From an uncultured Aliarcobacter sp. (GTDB lineage: Bacteria > Campylobacterota > Campylobacteria > Campylobacterales > Arcobacteraceae), in contig CAXXLV010000002.1 of assembly GCA_963664305.2 (NCBI GenBank), positions 288,001-352,000 of the forward strand: 64,000 nt of DNA, read 5' to 3'. Positions within the stretch are counted from its first letter, which is position 1; each line of letters opens with the position of its first letter. The notes beneath the pieces are model-generated. The model was not told the origin of the DNA. It ran no database searches and worked only from the letters and a program-made list of their open reading frames with translations. The position numbers and the translations under genes were made by a program. Below are positions 21,520 through 31,848 of the stretch, in pieces.

Positions 21520-22110
21520 ATGAAAAAAAATATTGTTGTTGGCGTTGGAAATATGCTTTTTAAAGATGAAGGCATAGGAATTTATGCAAGTGAATATATC
21601 AAACAAAATTATGAGTTTGATGATAAAGATTTAGAAATCATTGATGGTGGAACATTAGGATTTAAATTAATGGCATATTTTCAAGAGTATGATAATGTAA
21701 TTATTTTAGATACAGTTTCTATAGAAGATGAAGTTGGAGGCATCTATAGACTTCCAAGTGATGTTCTTTTAGGACTTGGAAATTATAGAAAAACAGCTCA
21801 CGAAGTTGAAATTGTTGAGATGTTAGAGATAGTTTCTGTTTTAGATTCTCATGCAAATGTAACAATCATTGGAATTATTCCACAAGATATTGAAAGTGTT
21901 GAAATAGGGCTTACAAAAGCTATGGAAGATAAGTTTGAAGAGTTTATTCTAAATGGTATCAAAGAGATAGAATCTTTAGGTATTAAAGCAACAAAAATCA
22001 ATGATATAAAAATTAGTGATGTTGTAAAAAGCATGATTGGTAGTTACAATGGTGAACACTTAACTAGAATTCCAAATGAGGAAGATTTTACACATGCAAT
22101 TAATTTATAA
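21520..22110 (+). CDS. hydD: Hydrogenase maturation endopeptidase
   Basis: GVGNMLFKDEGIG, IDGGT, TAHE. Confidence 0.93.
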   Translation: MKKNIVVGVGNMLFKDEGIGIYASEYIKQNYEFDDKDLEIIDGGTLGFKLMAYFQEYDNVIILDTVSIEDEVGGIYRLPSDVLLGLGNYRKTAHEVEIVEMLEIVSVLDSHANVTIIGIIPQDIESVEIGLTKAMEDKFEEFILNGIKEIESLGIKATKINDIKISDVVKSMIGSYNGEHLTRIPNEEDFTHAINL

Positions 22111-23626
22111 AATAGAATTTAATACAACAAATTTATATTTTAAATATATTATAAACTCTTTAATAAAAGAAGCTAATGTAAATGCTGTTTGTAAACAATA
22201 TAAAGGCTTTATATTAATTATTTTAGAAGAAACATCAGAAAATATAGAGAGTTTTTTTGCTTTATTAGAAAAAAAACTTCCTATGTCTATTTTCATTGGA
22301 AATTCTTATGTAGTTGAAAGTTATGATGAAAATTTAGAAGAATTAGAAGATTTTGAAATAAAACAAAATCTTCATTTACTTACAAATGATGAAATAAAAA
22401 AGATTATAGAAGAAAACAATATTGATTTTTTAAATGATATTGTAAAAATATCAAAAGGTGAGATTTCAAGATTTGAAACACATAATGGTCTAAAAGACTA
22501 CTTTCTACCAAATAAAGATATTAGAGAAGATTTTGAAAGAAGAGGTTTTGAAGTTAAACTTCTTATTACTGATGTGTCAAAATTAGATGAACTTTTTGAT
22601 TTAAATATGAAAGATTTTCAACTTCTTTGTTCGATAGAAAGACCATTGGTAAAACTTAAATTTAAACTTTTAAAAAATGCTAATAAAGAGTTTAGTTCAA
22701 CAAATTTTATTTATGCAAAAATTCCTGATGATAAAGAAGTAGTTTTATTTGCAAAAGCTTTAAAAGAAAATGGCATAAACTATGTTTTATATACAAATGA
22801 TGAAGTTTATCAAGATGGATTAAAAGTTACATATACAAAAGAACAAAACATTATTATCTCAGGAGATAAAGGTTTATTCCCTAAATATGATTTTATTGCA
22901 AGAGAAAAGTTTAATAGTTCAAAAGAGTATTTTGATGCAAATGGTGGAGTTTACAAAGCAATTCTTGCTCAAACTGCAAAAAGATTAATTCCAACTGTTG
23001 GAGTATATTTTTCTTTAAATTCTCAAAATAGTTCAATTTCAATAAATATCCCAACAAAAGGTATTAAACAGATTATTGAAATACCAAATATTCATAATAG
23101 TATTAAAAATTGTTTTGAAGAAATAGCTGATATTGATGAACATTGTTCAAGATTAATTACTAATTTTTCTAAAAAATTTCCAAAAGTATTGGAAAATGAT
23201 GTTCCTGCAAATGCAAATGGATTTGAATCTATTATAAATTTATGTGCAAAAGTTTTAGGCGTAAATAGTGCTAAAGAGTTTGAAGATTATGCTTTAAGTA
23301 CAAGTTTATCAAGTGGTATTCAAATAGATATGAAACTTATAAATTTTAATGGGACTAATTATTTAGATTATAGAAGAGTAGTTCAATCAATCATGGCTTA
23401 TAAAATGGCAGATGTTGATAATATAACTCTAATTTATTCATTTTATGAAAGCTTGAGTGAATTTATTAGTAACTATGTAAATGAAATTGCAAAAGAGACA
23501 AAAGCAAATGATGTTGTTTTGTGTGGAAATATGTTTGCAAACTTAATTTTACTTTCAAAAACAACAAAAGCTTTAAGTAAAACTTACAATCTTATCCTTC
23601 CAAAAGAGTATCCATTAGATTATTAA
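22094..23626 (+). CDS. hydE: HydE-like protein (degenerate HypF fold)
   Basis: Follows hydD as in Campylobacterota hyd operons; SIERPLVKL and VVLCGNMFAN resemble HypF segments. Start likely ATG 22094. Confidence 0.65.
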   Translation: MQLIYKIEFNTTNLYFKYIINSLIKEANVNAVCKQYKGFILIILEETSENIESFFALLEKKLPMSIFIGNSYVVESYDENLEELEDFEIKQNLHLLTNDEIKKIIEENNIDFLNDIVKISKGEISRFETHNGLKDYFLPNKDIREDFERRGFEVKLLITDVSKLDELFDLNMKDFQLLCSIERPLVKLKFKLLKNANKEFSSTNFIYAKIPDDKEVVLFAKALKENGINYVLYTNDEVYQDGLKVTYTKEQNIIISGDKGLFPKYDFIAREKFNSSKEYFDANGGVYKAILAQTAKRLIPTVGVYFSLNSQNSSISINIPTKGIKQIIEIPNIHNSIKNCFEEIADIDEHCSRLITNFSKKFPKVLENDVPANANGFESIINLCAKVLGVNSAKEFEDYALSTSLSSGIQIDMKLINFNGTNYLDYRRVVQSIMAYKMADVDNITLIYSFYESLSEFISNYVNEIAKETKANDVVLCGNMFANLILLSKTTKALSKTYNLILPKEYPLDY

Positions 23627-23655
23627 GAATAAAATTTATCTTTTGATATTCTTTT

Positions 23656-23689
23656 TTCATAATTATTATAGTAATATAATAATTATGAA
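23656..23689. promoter_or_regulatory. 15-bp perfect inverted repeat over the -10, Fur/PerR-like boxes
   Basis: TTCATAATTATTATA-GTAA-TATAATAATTATGAA. Confidence 0.55.
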
Positions 23690-23706
23690 TTATAAAAGGA
23701 AATATT

Positions 23707-24588
23707 ATGGATACTACATTTGACACACAAAATCTAAAAAAAGCACTTAGACAGCAACAAAATGAGATAAATGACCATACTATTTATAAGATTTTAGCAA
23801 CCTATCAAGATGATGAAAACAACAAAAAAATTTTTGAAAAAATATCAAAAGAAGAAAAAGCACACTATGATTTTTGGGTAAAAATTACAAATAAAGAGAT
23901 AAAAGCACAAAAATTTGTAGTATTGTGGTTTGTTTTTCTAGTAAAAATTTTTGGAACATCTTTTGCTTTAAAATCTTTGGAAAAAAGAGAAGCGGGAGCA
24001 GAGGAGTTTTACAAAGAACTTTTTGAAATCTATCCTGAATCACAAAAAATATATAAACAAGAAACTGAACATGAGTTTGAACTTATTGATATGTTAAATG
24101 ATAAAAAACTTTTATATGCTGGAGCTATAGTTTTAGGAATGAATGATGCTTTAGTTGAATTAACTGGAACATTAAGCGGAATAGCATTAGCTTTTGATAA
24201 AAGTTTGGTTGTTGGATTAACAGGATTGATTATGGGAATAGCTGCATCTTTATCAATGGCGGGATCAGCTTATCTTGAAGCTAAAGAAAATCCAATTGAA
24301 GAGATAAATCCTTTAGTTTATTCACTTTATACAGGTGTTTCTTATATTTTAACAACAGCTATTTTAGTTATTCCATTTTTTATATTTGATTCAATGATAG
24401 AATCATTAATAATGATGTTTATTGGTGCATTTATAGCTATTCTTTCTTATAATTTTTATATTAGTGTAGCAAAAGATTTAAGTTTTAGTAAAAGAGTGCT
24501 TCAAATGTCAGCAATTACATTTGGAGTTGCAATAATCTCATTTTTGATAGGTTACTTAGTAAAATATTATTTTGGACTTGAAATATAA
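23707..24588 (+). CDS. Ferritin/rubrerythrin-like domain fused to a VIT1/CCC1 transporter
   Basis: EEKAH and ETEHE diiron-like motifs; IVLGMNDALVE and GIAASLSMAGSAYL VIT1 motifs. Confidence 0.85.
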   Translation: MDTTFDTQNLKKALRQQQNEINDHTIYKILATYQDDENNKKIFEKISKEEKAHYDFWVKITNKEIKAQKFVVLWFVFLVKIFGTSFALKSLEKREAGAEEFYKELFEIYPESQKIYKQETEHEFELIDMLNDKKLLYAGAIVLGMNDALVELTGTLSGIALAFDKSLVVGLTGLIMGIAASLSMAGSAYLEAKENPIEEINPLVYSLYTGVSYILTTAILVIPFFIFDSMIESLIMMFIGAFIAILSYNFYISVAKDLSFSKRVLQMSAITFGVAIISFLIGYLVKYYFGLEI

Positions 24589-24614
24589 ATAAGGTTTCTA
24601 TAAAACCTTATTTA
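24586..24614 (+). terminator. Intrinsic terminator
   Basis: TAAATAAGGTTT-CTATA-AAACCTTATTTA. Confidence 0.7.
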
Positions 24615-24646
24615 GTTTCAAAGAATAAAACTCTCTTTTTTTATTG

Positions 24647-24730
24647 AAATGAATCTTTATTCATTTAGTCAAGAAAATTTAACCAAAAAGATTATAGAAT
24701 GCTTTTAATAAAAAAGTGAATACCTATTCA
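24647..24730 (+). promoter_or_regulatory. Two TGAAT-N4-ATTCA sites flanking a -10 box
   Basis: AAATGAAT-CTTT-ATTCATTT 24647-24666; TAGAAT 24695-24700; TGAAT-ACCT-ATTCA 24717-24730. Confidence 0.65.
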
Positions 24731-24745
24731 TAAAAGAGAGAAGCA

Positions 24746-26146
24746 ATGGTTAAAGAACTTCCTAATAAAAGTTCAATTTCTTTATTTGAAGAGAAAAAAA
24801 TCCCCTTTTGTCAGACTTGTTTAAAAGAAGTAGAAGAAGAGGGAAATAAAGAGTATTACAATGCTTTTAAATCTTGTAAAAATTGTACGGGATTTGAAGA
24901 AGCAAAATTTATTTTTGAAAAAAAAGAGATAGCTTCAAATAAAATATTATTTGAAAAACTTGCTTCATTAATAAATGAAGATAAAAAGATAAAAATAAAA
25001 ACATTAAGTGGAATATTTATCTTTTCTAAACTAAAAAACATTGAGAATAGTTCAAAATTATTAGTAACAAATCTAAAAAATATCAATACTCTAGTTATTG
25101 AAAAAAAAGTAGAAATAGAAGCTTTATCCAGCGTGGAAAAACCATCTATTGATTTTGAAATAAATGAGAGTTATAAACAAAAGAACAATATAAAAAAAGA
25201 GAAGATTAATATCAGATTTTCAAATGATTTAACTTTATTTTTATTGTCAAAAAAGTTAGAGAAATATGAGATAAATTTTTTAAATATTGAAGAAACTGGT
25301 GAATTTGACTATTTTTTAGATGTAAAATGTAAAAAAGATATTTATATAGATATTCCAAAAATCAAATGTTTTGATGATAAAAAATTGATTTTAGAATCAA
25401 ATTCTTATCCAAAAAAGTTAGATTTGGTATTTGAAAAATTTAAAGAAAAAAATAAAGCTCAATTTATGACAGTTTTATGGGAAAATAATCTTTTTAAAGA
25501 GTCAATATTAAACTTTTATATTAGTAGTAAAAATAATGATGGAATAAGTTACTATTCTGAAGAAATAGATGGCTTAGTTGATATTATAGAGCCATTACCT
25601 ATTCCAAAATCTATAAAAAAGATATTTGAAGAAATAGAAAAAGAGTCAAAAGGTAAAAAGCTTATTTCAAGCTATAAAAAAAAGTTTCCAGAAGATTATA
25701 AAATAGCTTTAAATAGTCCAATATCTTTCGTAAATAATTCCTTTTTTACATACTTTCAAATAGCTAAAATAGTTTTAAATTTTGAAAAAGAGATACTTGA
25801 AAATGCAACAGAATGTTTGTTAGAAAAAGGACTTAGAATAGATTATAAATTATTTGATTCTAAAAAGATATTTCATAGAAAATTTGATTATATAGCACTG
25901 TTTAGCTCAGCAATTAGTTTTAAACTAGCAGGTGTGGATGAAAGAGCTATATCTCTAGGATTTATTGAAAGTTTAGCGAATTTTATTGCAAATGAAATAG
26001 ATAATATAAATAGTGTTTATGCTATTTCAGGAATTAGTTTATGTGGAGATATGTTTACTAATGATAAGTTCAATTTTTTAGTAGAAAAAAATATAACAAA
26101 GAGTTTTAAAATCTATTACAATAAAGAGTTTGTCATTCAAAAATAG
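24746..26146 (+). CDS. Second HypF/HydE-like degenerate protein with one zinc finger
   Basis: CQTC-x18-CKNC aligns with HypF CEDC-x18-CTNC; KIKTLSGIF, SVEKPSI, ISLCGDMF. Confidence 0.65.
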   Translation: MVKELPNKSSISLFEEKKIPFCQTCLKEVEEEGNKEYYNAFKSCKNCTGFEEAKFIFEKKEIASNKILFEKLASLINEDKKIKIKTLSGIFIFSKLKNIENSSKLLVTNLKNINTLVIEKKVEIEALSSVEKPSIDFEINESYKQKNNIKKEKINIRFSNDLTLFLLSKKLEKYEINFLNIEETGEFDYFLDVKCKKDIYIDIPKIKCFDDKKLILESNSYPKKLDLVFEKFKEKNKAQFMTVLWENNLFKESILNFYISSKNNDGISYYSEEIDGLVDIIEPLPIPKSIKKIFEEIEKESKGKKLISSYKKKFPEDYKIALNSPISFVNNSFFTYFQIAKIVLNFEKEILENATECLLEKGLRIDYKLFDSKKIFHRKFDYIALFSSAISFKLAGVDERAISLGFIESLANFIANEIDNINSVYAISGISLCGDMFTNDKFNFLVEKNITKSFKIYYNKEFVIQK

Positions 26147-26179
26147 GTATAGTTTTAAAATTGTACAAAAAGTGAAGAA

Positions 26180-28426
26180 ATGATAAATTTAAAAATAGAA
26201 GTTACAGGTATAGTTCAAGGGGTAGGTTTTCGTCCTTTTATATATAATCTAGCGATAAAACATAATATAAAAGGCTGGGTTAATAATGACGAAAAAGGTG
26301 TAAATATTTTTCTTTATGCAAAAGAAGAAGATATAGAAAACTTTACAGATGAACTAAAATCAAATCCTCCAATCTTGGCAAAAATAGATTCAATAAAAAT
26401 TGAAAAAATAACTAATAAAACTGACTATAAAGATTTCCAAATAATAGAGAGTTCAAGCTCAAATAATAAAACTACAATTATCTCTCCTGACATTGCAATA
26501 TGTGAAGATTGTATCAATGAAATCAATGATATGTCTAACTTTAGATACAATTATTGTTTAACAAATTGTACAAATTGTGGCCCTAGATATTCTATAATAA
26601 AAACTGTACCTTATGATAGAGAAAATACCTCTATGAGAGAGTTTAAATTATGCAAAAAATGCCAAGAAGAGTATGAAAATCCTACAAATAGAAGATATCA
26701 TGCTCAGCCAGTTTCTTGTGAAGTTTGTGGCCCTAATGCAACTTTGTATAATAAAAAAAATATAGAAATATCTAACAATATAGAAGCGATAGAAAAAACA
26801 GCTAAATTAATAGATGAAGGTTACATCGTAGCTGTAAAAGGAATGGGTGGTTTTCATTTAATATGTGATGCTACAAATGATAAAATTGTAAGTAAATTAA
26901 GGACTATTAAGAATAGACCAACTAAGCCATATGCACTACTTTTTAATAATATTAATACTATTAAAGAATATACAAATATAGATTTTATAGAAGAAGAGAT
27001 TTTAAACTCTAAAGAGAAACCAATTGTTCTTGTAAATAAAAAAGAAAATAGCTCCTTATCAAAATACATAGCACCAAATGTTAATAAATTAGGATGCTTT
27101 ATAGCTTATACACCTTTACACCATTTGTTATTTAGATATATAAACAAACCACTTGTTGCAACAAGTGCAAATCTTAAAGATGAACCAATAATAAGAAGTA
27201 AAAAAGAGATTTTTGAGAAGTTGATAGATGTTGTTGATTTTATTTTAGATTTTAATAGAGAAATCGTAAATGCATGTGATGATTCTATTATACAAGTTGT
27301 TAAAAAATATAATATAAAACTAAGAAATGCTAGAGGTTATGCACCAACTGCAATAAAATTGGATAAAAAAGTTGATAAAAAGATTTTATCTTTAGGTGCA
27401 AATCAAAAATCTACTATCTCATTAGCCTTTGAAAATAATTTAATTTTATCTCCTCATATTGGAGATTTAAACTCTATAGAATCAGTTGAATATTTTGAAA
27501 GAACAATTAATACTTTTAAAAATTTTTATGATTTTGAACCAGAAGTTGTAATTTGCGATAAACATCCAAATTATGAATCTACAAAAATAGCTTTAAAACT
27601 AAAAGAAAATAATCCAAATATTAAATTGGTTCAAATACAGCATCATTATGCACATATTCTTTCTGTAATGGCTGAAAATAGACTTGATGAAGAAGTTTTA
27701 GGCTTTGCATTTGATGGAACAGGTTATGGAGATGATGGGAATATTTGGGGAGGTGAAGTATTATTAACTACAAGAAAAGAGTATAAAAGGGTTAAGTATA
27801 TCAAATACTTTAGACTTTTTGGTGGAGAAATGGCAGTAAAAGAGCCAAAAAGAGTTGCTTTGAGTCTTTTATTTGATACTTTTTCATTAGATGAAATTTT
27901 AGCTTTAGATATTCCAACTGTAAAGGCATTTAAAGAAGCAGAAATCAAAATGTTTTATACAATGTGGCAAAAAGGATTAAATGCACCTTTATGTAGCTCT
28001 ATAGGGCGTTTATTTGATGCAATTTCTTCTTTTGCAGATATTTTACATACTCAAACTTATGAAGGTGAAACGGGCTTACAAATAGAGCAAAACTATGATA
28101 GTTCGATAACTTCATCATATTCTTATGAAATAACTGAAAATGAAATAGATTTAAGACCAATAATAAAAGAATTAATTAAAGAAAAAGATAAAAAAATCAT
28201 CTGTTCTAAATTCATAAATACTATTGTAAATCTTATTTTAGAAATCTCAAATTCATACAAAAATTTACCTGTTATTTTAAGTGGTGGAGTTTTTCAAAAT
28301 AAAACTTTACTTGAAATTTTAATTGATAAATTTGAAGAGCAGGGTAGAGTTCTTTACTTCAATATTGATATTCCATCAAATGATGGTGGTATCAGTATAG
28401 GACAAATATATCATCAATACATATAA
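26180..28426 (+). CDS. hypF: Carbamoyltransferase HypF
   Basis: GIVQGVGFRPF, two CxxC-x18-CxxC fingers, QHHYAH, DGTGYG, PSNDGG. Confidence 0.97.
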   Translation: MINLKIEVTGIVQGVGFRPFIYNLAIKHNIKGWVNNDEKGVNIFLYAKEEDIENFTDELKSNPPILAKIDSIKIEKITNKTDYKDFQIIESSSSNNKTTIISPDIAICEDCINEINDMSNFRYNYCLTNCTNCGPRYSIIKTVPYDRENTSMREFKLCKKCQEEYENPTNRRYHAQPVSCEVCGPNATLYNKKNIEISNNIEAIEKTAKLIDEGYIVAVKGMGGFHLICDATNDKIVSKLRTIKNRPTKPYALLFNNINTIKEYTNIDFIEEEILNSKEKPIVLVNKKENSSLSKYIAPNVNKLGCFIAYTPLHHLLFRYINKPLVATSANLKDEPIIRSKKEIFEKLIDVVDFILDFNREIVNACDDSIIQVVKKYNIKLRNARGYAPTAIKLDKKVDKKILSLGANQKSTISLAFENNLILSPHIGDLNSIESVEYFERTINTFKNFYDFEPEVVICDKHPNYESTKIALKLKENNPNIKLVQIQHHYAHILSVMAENRLDEEVLGFAFDGTGYGDDGNIWGGEVLLTTRKEYKRVKYIKYFRLFGGEMAVKEPKRVALSLLFDTFSLDEILALDIPTVKAFKEAEIKMFYTMWQKGLNAPLCSSIGRLFDAISSFADILHTQTYEGETGLQIEQNYDSSITSSYSYEITENEIDLRPIIKELIKEKDKKIICSKFINTIVNLILEISNSYKNLPVILSGGVFQNKTLLEILIDKFEEQGRVLYFNIDIPSNDGGISIGQIYHQYI

Positions 28427-28738
28427 AGTGAAAAATATCAAAAATTTCGCACTTTATATAAAAATAAATATTATACAAATAATTAAATATTAATATATAT
28501 AATAATACATACAAAATGTAATAAAAATATTTTAAATTGCTATAAAATAGGCTTTTATTGGAAAAATAATTTTTTTAAAAAATCAATAAAATTTTAACTT
28601 TCAAATAATCAAATAAAAATAAAAATGTAGTATACAAAATGAATATATTTAAATATATAAAATACTATACATAAATTCAAATTAGTAGATATAAATTTAT
28701 TGTATGTTAGAATAAAAATAAAATTAGGAAACAATTTT

Positions 28739-29155
28739 ATGATTAAAACAACCTCTTTAATATCTGATGAAAATGGATATAAGAAATATAATCTTTTTGA
28801 AATACATGAAGATTTAGAATCAATTATTGCAGATGATTATCTTGACTTTTCATCTAAGGAATTTAAAAAAGATTCATATTGTGAATTGATGTATAAAAAG
28901 AATTTCTATGATAAATATGATAAAGAAATTTATAAAGAAGTATATGAAAAATATATTGATAACGAAAAATTTAAAGATAAAGCAAAATTTGTTTATAGCA
29001 TTATTGATTATGATAAATATATAAAGTTTGTTGAACTTAATGAAACAATAGAAAATCCAGATGAATTGATTATTTCCTATAGTGTTGTTGATAGTGAGGG
29101 AGTAAAAGTTAATATTTATAATATTGGAATTAGGGATATAGCTTTTGTATTTTAA
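28739..29155 (+). CDS. Hypothetical acidic, Tyr/Lys-rich protein
   Basis: ORF with AGGA SD before ATG 28739, followed by a hairpin and T-run (about 29154-29184); no motif recognised. Confidence 0.65.
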   Translation: MIKTTSLISDENGYKKYNLFEIHEDLESIIADDYLDFSSKEFKKDSYCELMYKKNFYDKYDKEIYKEVYEKYIDNEKFKDKAKFVYSIIDYDKYIKFVELNETIENPDELIISYSVVDSEGVKVNIYNIGIRDIAFVF

Positions 29156-29322
29156 AAGAAAGGAAATTTATTTTCTTTCTTTTTCTTCATTTATTTCATT
29201 ATCTTTTTTACTATTCGAATAACAATTAAAACTAAGTAATTTAATTTTTTCTTTTGATTTTACCTAAAGCTATTTTTGATAAAATCTTAAACTTTAAATA
29301 AACCTAACATTGGAGATTATCA

Positions 29323-31419
29323 ATGCATCATAGCTCTGATATAAATTCAGTTTGTACATATTGCGGTACAGGATGTGATATTACAGCACAAGTTGAAGAT
29401 AACAAAATTATAAAGATATATGCTCAAAACGATGGATATGTATCTCAGGGAAAACTTTGTATAAAAGGTGCACAAGGTTTTACTTTTGTTGATTCAAAAG
29501 AGAGAATTAGAAATGCAAGAGTGAAAAAACTTTTCATTGAAAAAAATAGTGAAGAATTACCAAGAGAATTAAAAGCTAGAGTTAAAACATTAAAAGAGTT
29601 TGATGAAACATATTATGAAGTTCCGTATGAGTTTGCTACATCATTAGCAGCATGGAAACTAATGGATATAAAAGAAAAATATGGAAGACATGCTTTTTGT
29701 GGAATGGGAGGAGCTAGAACTTCATGTGAGAGTGCTTATGTTTTCCAAAAATTTGTAAGAGATGCTATGAATTCTCCTCATGTTGATAACTGTGCTAGGG
29801 TTTGTCACTCACCATCACTAAAAGGTATGAGAACAACTATTGGAGAAGGAGCTGCTACTAATCCTTTTGATGATATTTATCAAACTGAAAATATCATCGT
29901 AATGGGTTCAAATACAACTGAAGCTCATCCAATTGTTGCAAATAGAATTATCAAAGCTGTTAGAGATAAAACAGCAACATTGAGTGTACTTGATGTTAGA
30001 GAAACACAACTTGCTAAGTTTGGTGAAGCAGTTGTAATTCCATATGAAGCAAATCTATTAGTTTTAAATATGATGGCATATGTAATTTTAAAAGAGGAAC
30101 TTTATAATAAAGAGTTTATAAATTCAAGATGTATTGGTTTTGAAGATTATAAAGAATCAATTTTAAATGACCCTTATGCAAATCCTGAATTTATGGCTCA
30201 AGTTAAAGGTTATGAATATTTAGTAGAACAAATTCCTACTGTTGCAAGACTTTATGCAACAAAAAAATCAATGTTCTTTTGGGGACTTGGAATTACTGAG
30301 CATTTAGATGGAAGTTATGCTGTTATGGCAATTACACATTTAGCAATGCTAACTGGAAATATTGGAAAAACTGGTGCTGGATTAATGCCACTTCGAGGTC
30401 AAAACAATGTTCAAGGTGCATGTGATACGGGTTGTTTACCATATTATGGACCTGATTATTCTGTTCCTGAAGAAATTGGATTAATGACACCACAACTAAT
30501 TGATGAAATGATAGCTGGACGTGTAAAAGCTATGTATGTAATGGGTGAAGATATCGCTCATATTCATCCAAATCAAAATAAAGTTCATAAAGGTTTAGCA
30601 AATTTAGAATTAATCATTTCAAATGAATTATTTATGAATGAAGTTACAAAAATGGCAGATATTATCTTTGGTGTAAAATCAGCTTATGAAAAAACAGGTG
30701 TTTATGTAAATGCTATGAGAAGATTACATCTTTCTCAACCTTTAGTTGATACAGATTTACCTGATGATTGGGAAGTTTTAAGAGATATTGAAAATAAAAT
30801 CAATGGAGAGTTTGAGTTCAAAGATAGTGAAGATGTTTGGAATGAAGCAAAAGAAGCAGTTGGTTCTAGATTCTCAGGAGCAACATATCACAAACTTTCA
30901 AAAAATAGAAATAGAGGAATGCTTTGGCCAATTAAAAAAGATGATACTCCAATACTTCACGTTGAAGATTTTAGAACAGAAGATGGAAAAGGAAAGTTTG
31001 CTTATCATCAATATCAATTAAGAGAGCAAATCAAAAAACTTGTAAACAACGAAGAGTTTGCTTCAAATGAGTTTTATTTAACAACAGGAAGAACTATTGT
31101 TCAATATAATAACGCAGCTCAAACACAAAGAAGTGAAGCTTTAAATTCAAGATATGATAGAGATGTTGTTTTAGCTTCAATTGAAGATAAAGATAGAATT
31201 GGAAGTAATGAAATCATAATGAGAACACAGTATGGTGAAACAGCAATTTTACCTGTAAAATTTGTTAAAACTATAAAACCTGGAACTCTATTTACAACAT
31301 TCCATCATGCAGCATCAAAAGTAAACTATATTTTTGGTGATGAGGCTGATGAATTGATTATGACTGCAAAGTTTAAATCAATTAGAGTAGAAATAGAACC
31401 AATTTCAAATGCATCATAA
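29323..31419 (+). CDS. Cytoplasmic Mo/W-bisPGD formate dehydrogenase catalytic subunit (FdhF-like, Cys form)
   Basis: CTYCGTGC, LCIKG, DNCARVCH, PLRGQNNVQG; no Tat signal. Confidence 0.85.
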   Translation: MHHSSDINSVCTYCGTGCDITAQVEDNKIIKIYAQNDGYVSQGKLCIKGAQGFTFVDSKERIRNARVKKLFIEKNSEELPRELKARVKTLKEFDETYYEVPYEFATSLAAWKLMDIKEKYGRHAFCGMGGARTSCESAYVFQKFVRDAMNSPHVDNCARVCHSPSLKGMRTTIGEGAATNPFDDIYQTENIIVMGSNTTEAHPIVANRIIKAVRDKTATLSVLDVRETQLAKFGEAVVIPYEANLLVLNMMAYVILKEELYNKEFINSRCIGFEDYKESILNDPYANPEFMAQVKGYEYLVEQIPTVARLYATKKSMFFWGLGITEHLDGSYAVMAITHLAMLTGNIGKTGAGLMPLRGQNNVQGACDTGCLPYYGPDYSVPEEIGLMTPQLIDEMIAGRVKAMYVMGEDIAHIHPNQNKVHKGLANLELIISNELFMNEVTKMADIIFGVKSAYEKTGVYVNAMRRLHLSQPLVDTDLPDDWEVLRDIENKINGEFEFKDSEDVWNEAKEAVGSRFSGATYHKLSKNRNRGMLWPIKKDDTPILHVEDFRTEDGKGKFAYHQYQLREQIKKLVNNEEFASNEFYLTTGRTIVQYNNAAQTQRSEALNSRYDRDVVLASIEDKDRIGSNEIIMRTQYGETAILPVKFVKTIKPGTLFTTFHHAASKVNYIFGDEADELIMTAKFKSIRVEIEPISNAS

Positions 31420-31449
31420 AAAAGATAAACCTTTATAGGTTTGTCTTTT
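31420..31449. terminator. Bidirectional terminator
   Basis: AAAAGATAAACCT-TTAT-AGGTTTGTCTTTT between convergent genes. Confidence 0.8.
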
Positions 31450-31452
31450 AAT

Positions 31453-31848
31453 TTATATACTACAAAGAGCTGTTAAATAAGCTTGCTCTTGATATTTCTT
31501 TAACTCTTTTGGAAAACTAATCTGATTCTTTTTTTCATAACTAGTTATAGTTTGACTTGAAACTAAATCAACATTACAAAACGGATTTAGTTGTATTAAT
31601 CCTTCAATTTTAAAAGTAACTGCTCCACCTGAAAAAGCACCTTTTTTTGCTCGTTTTTTTATAAATACTTTTTCTATCTCATTTTTTTGTAAGAAATCTA
31701 AAAACTCATTACAAAACTTTCTAATATCTTCTTGTTTTTCATCATCTTCAACTATAATTTTTTTAATTTTTGTTTCTATATAACTACCATTTTTTAATAT
31801 AACTAAAATCACATTATTAGCTTTTAATTCAATTCCACAAATATTCAT
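31453..31848 (-). CDS. DUF3010-like protein
   Basis: MNICGIELK, IKKRAKKGAFSGGAVTFKIEGLIQL, KKYQEQA; start at ATG 31848. Confidence 0.75.
   Translation of the reverse strand: MNICGIELKANNVILVILKNGSYIETKIKKIIVEDDEKQEDIRKFCNEFLDFLQKNEIEKVFIKKRAKKGAFSGGAVTFKIEGLIQLNPFCNVDLVSSQTITSYEKKNQISFPKELKKYQEQAYLTALCSI

Noticed and set aside
28643..28658. Palindrome ATATATTTAAATATAT and possible NikR sites nearby
   Set aside because: Pure A/T in an almost GC-free region, and half-site spacing did not fit the NikR pattern
29770..29820. Selenocysteine recoding in the formate dehydrogenase
   Set aside because: Active-site codon is TGT (Cys); the ORF has no in-frame TGA
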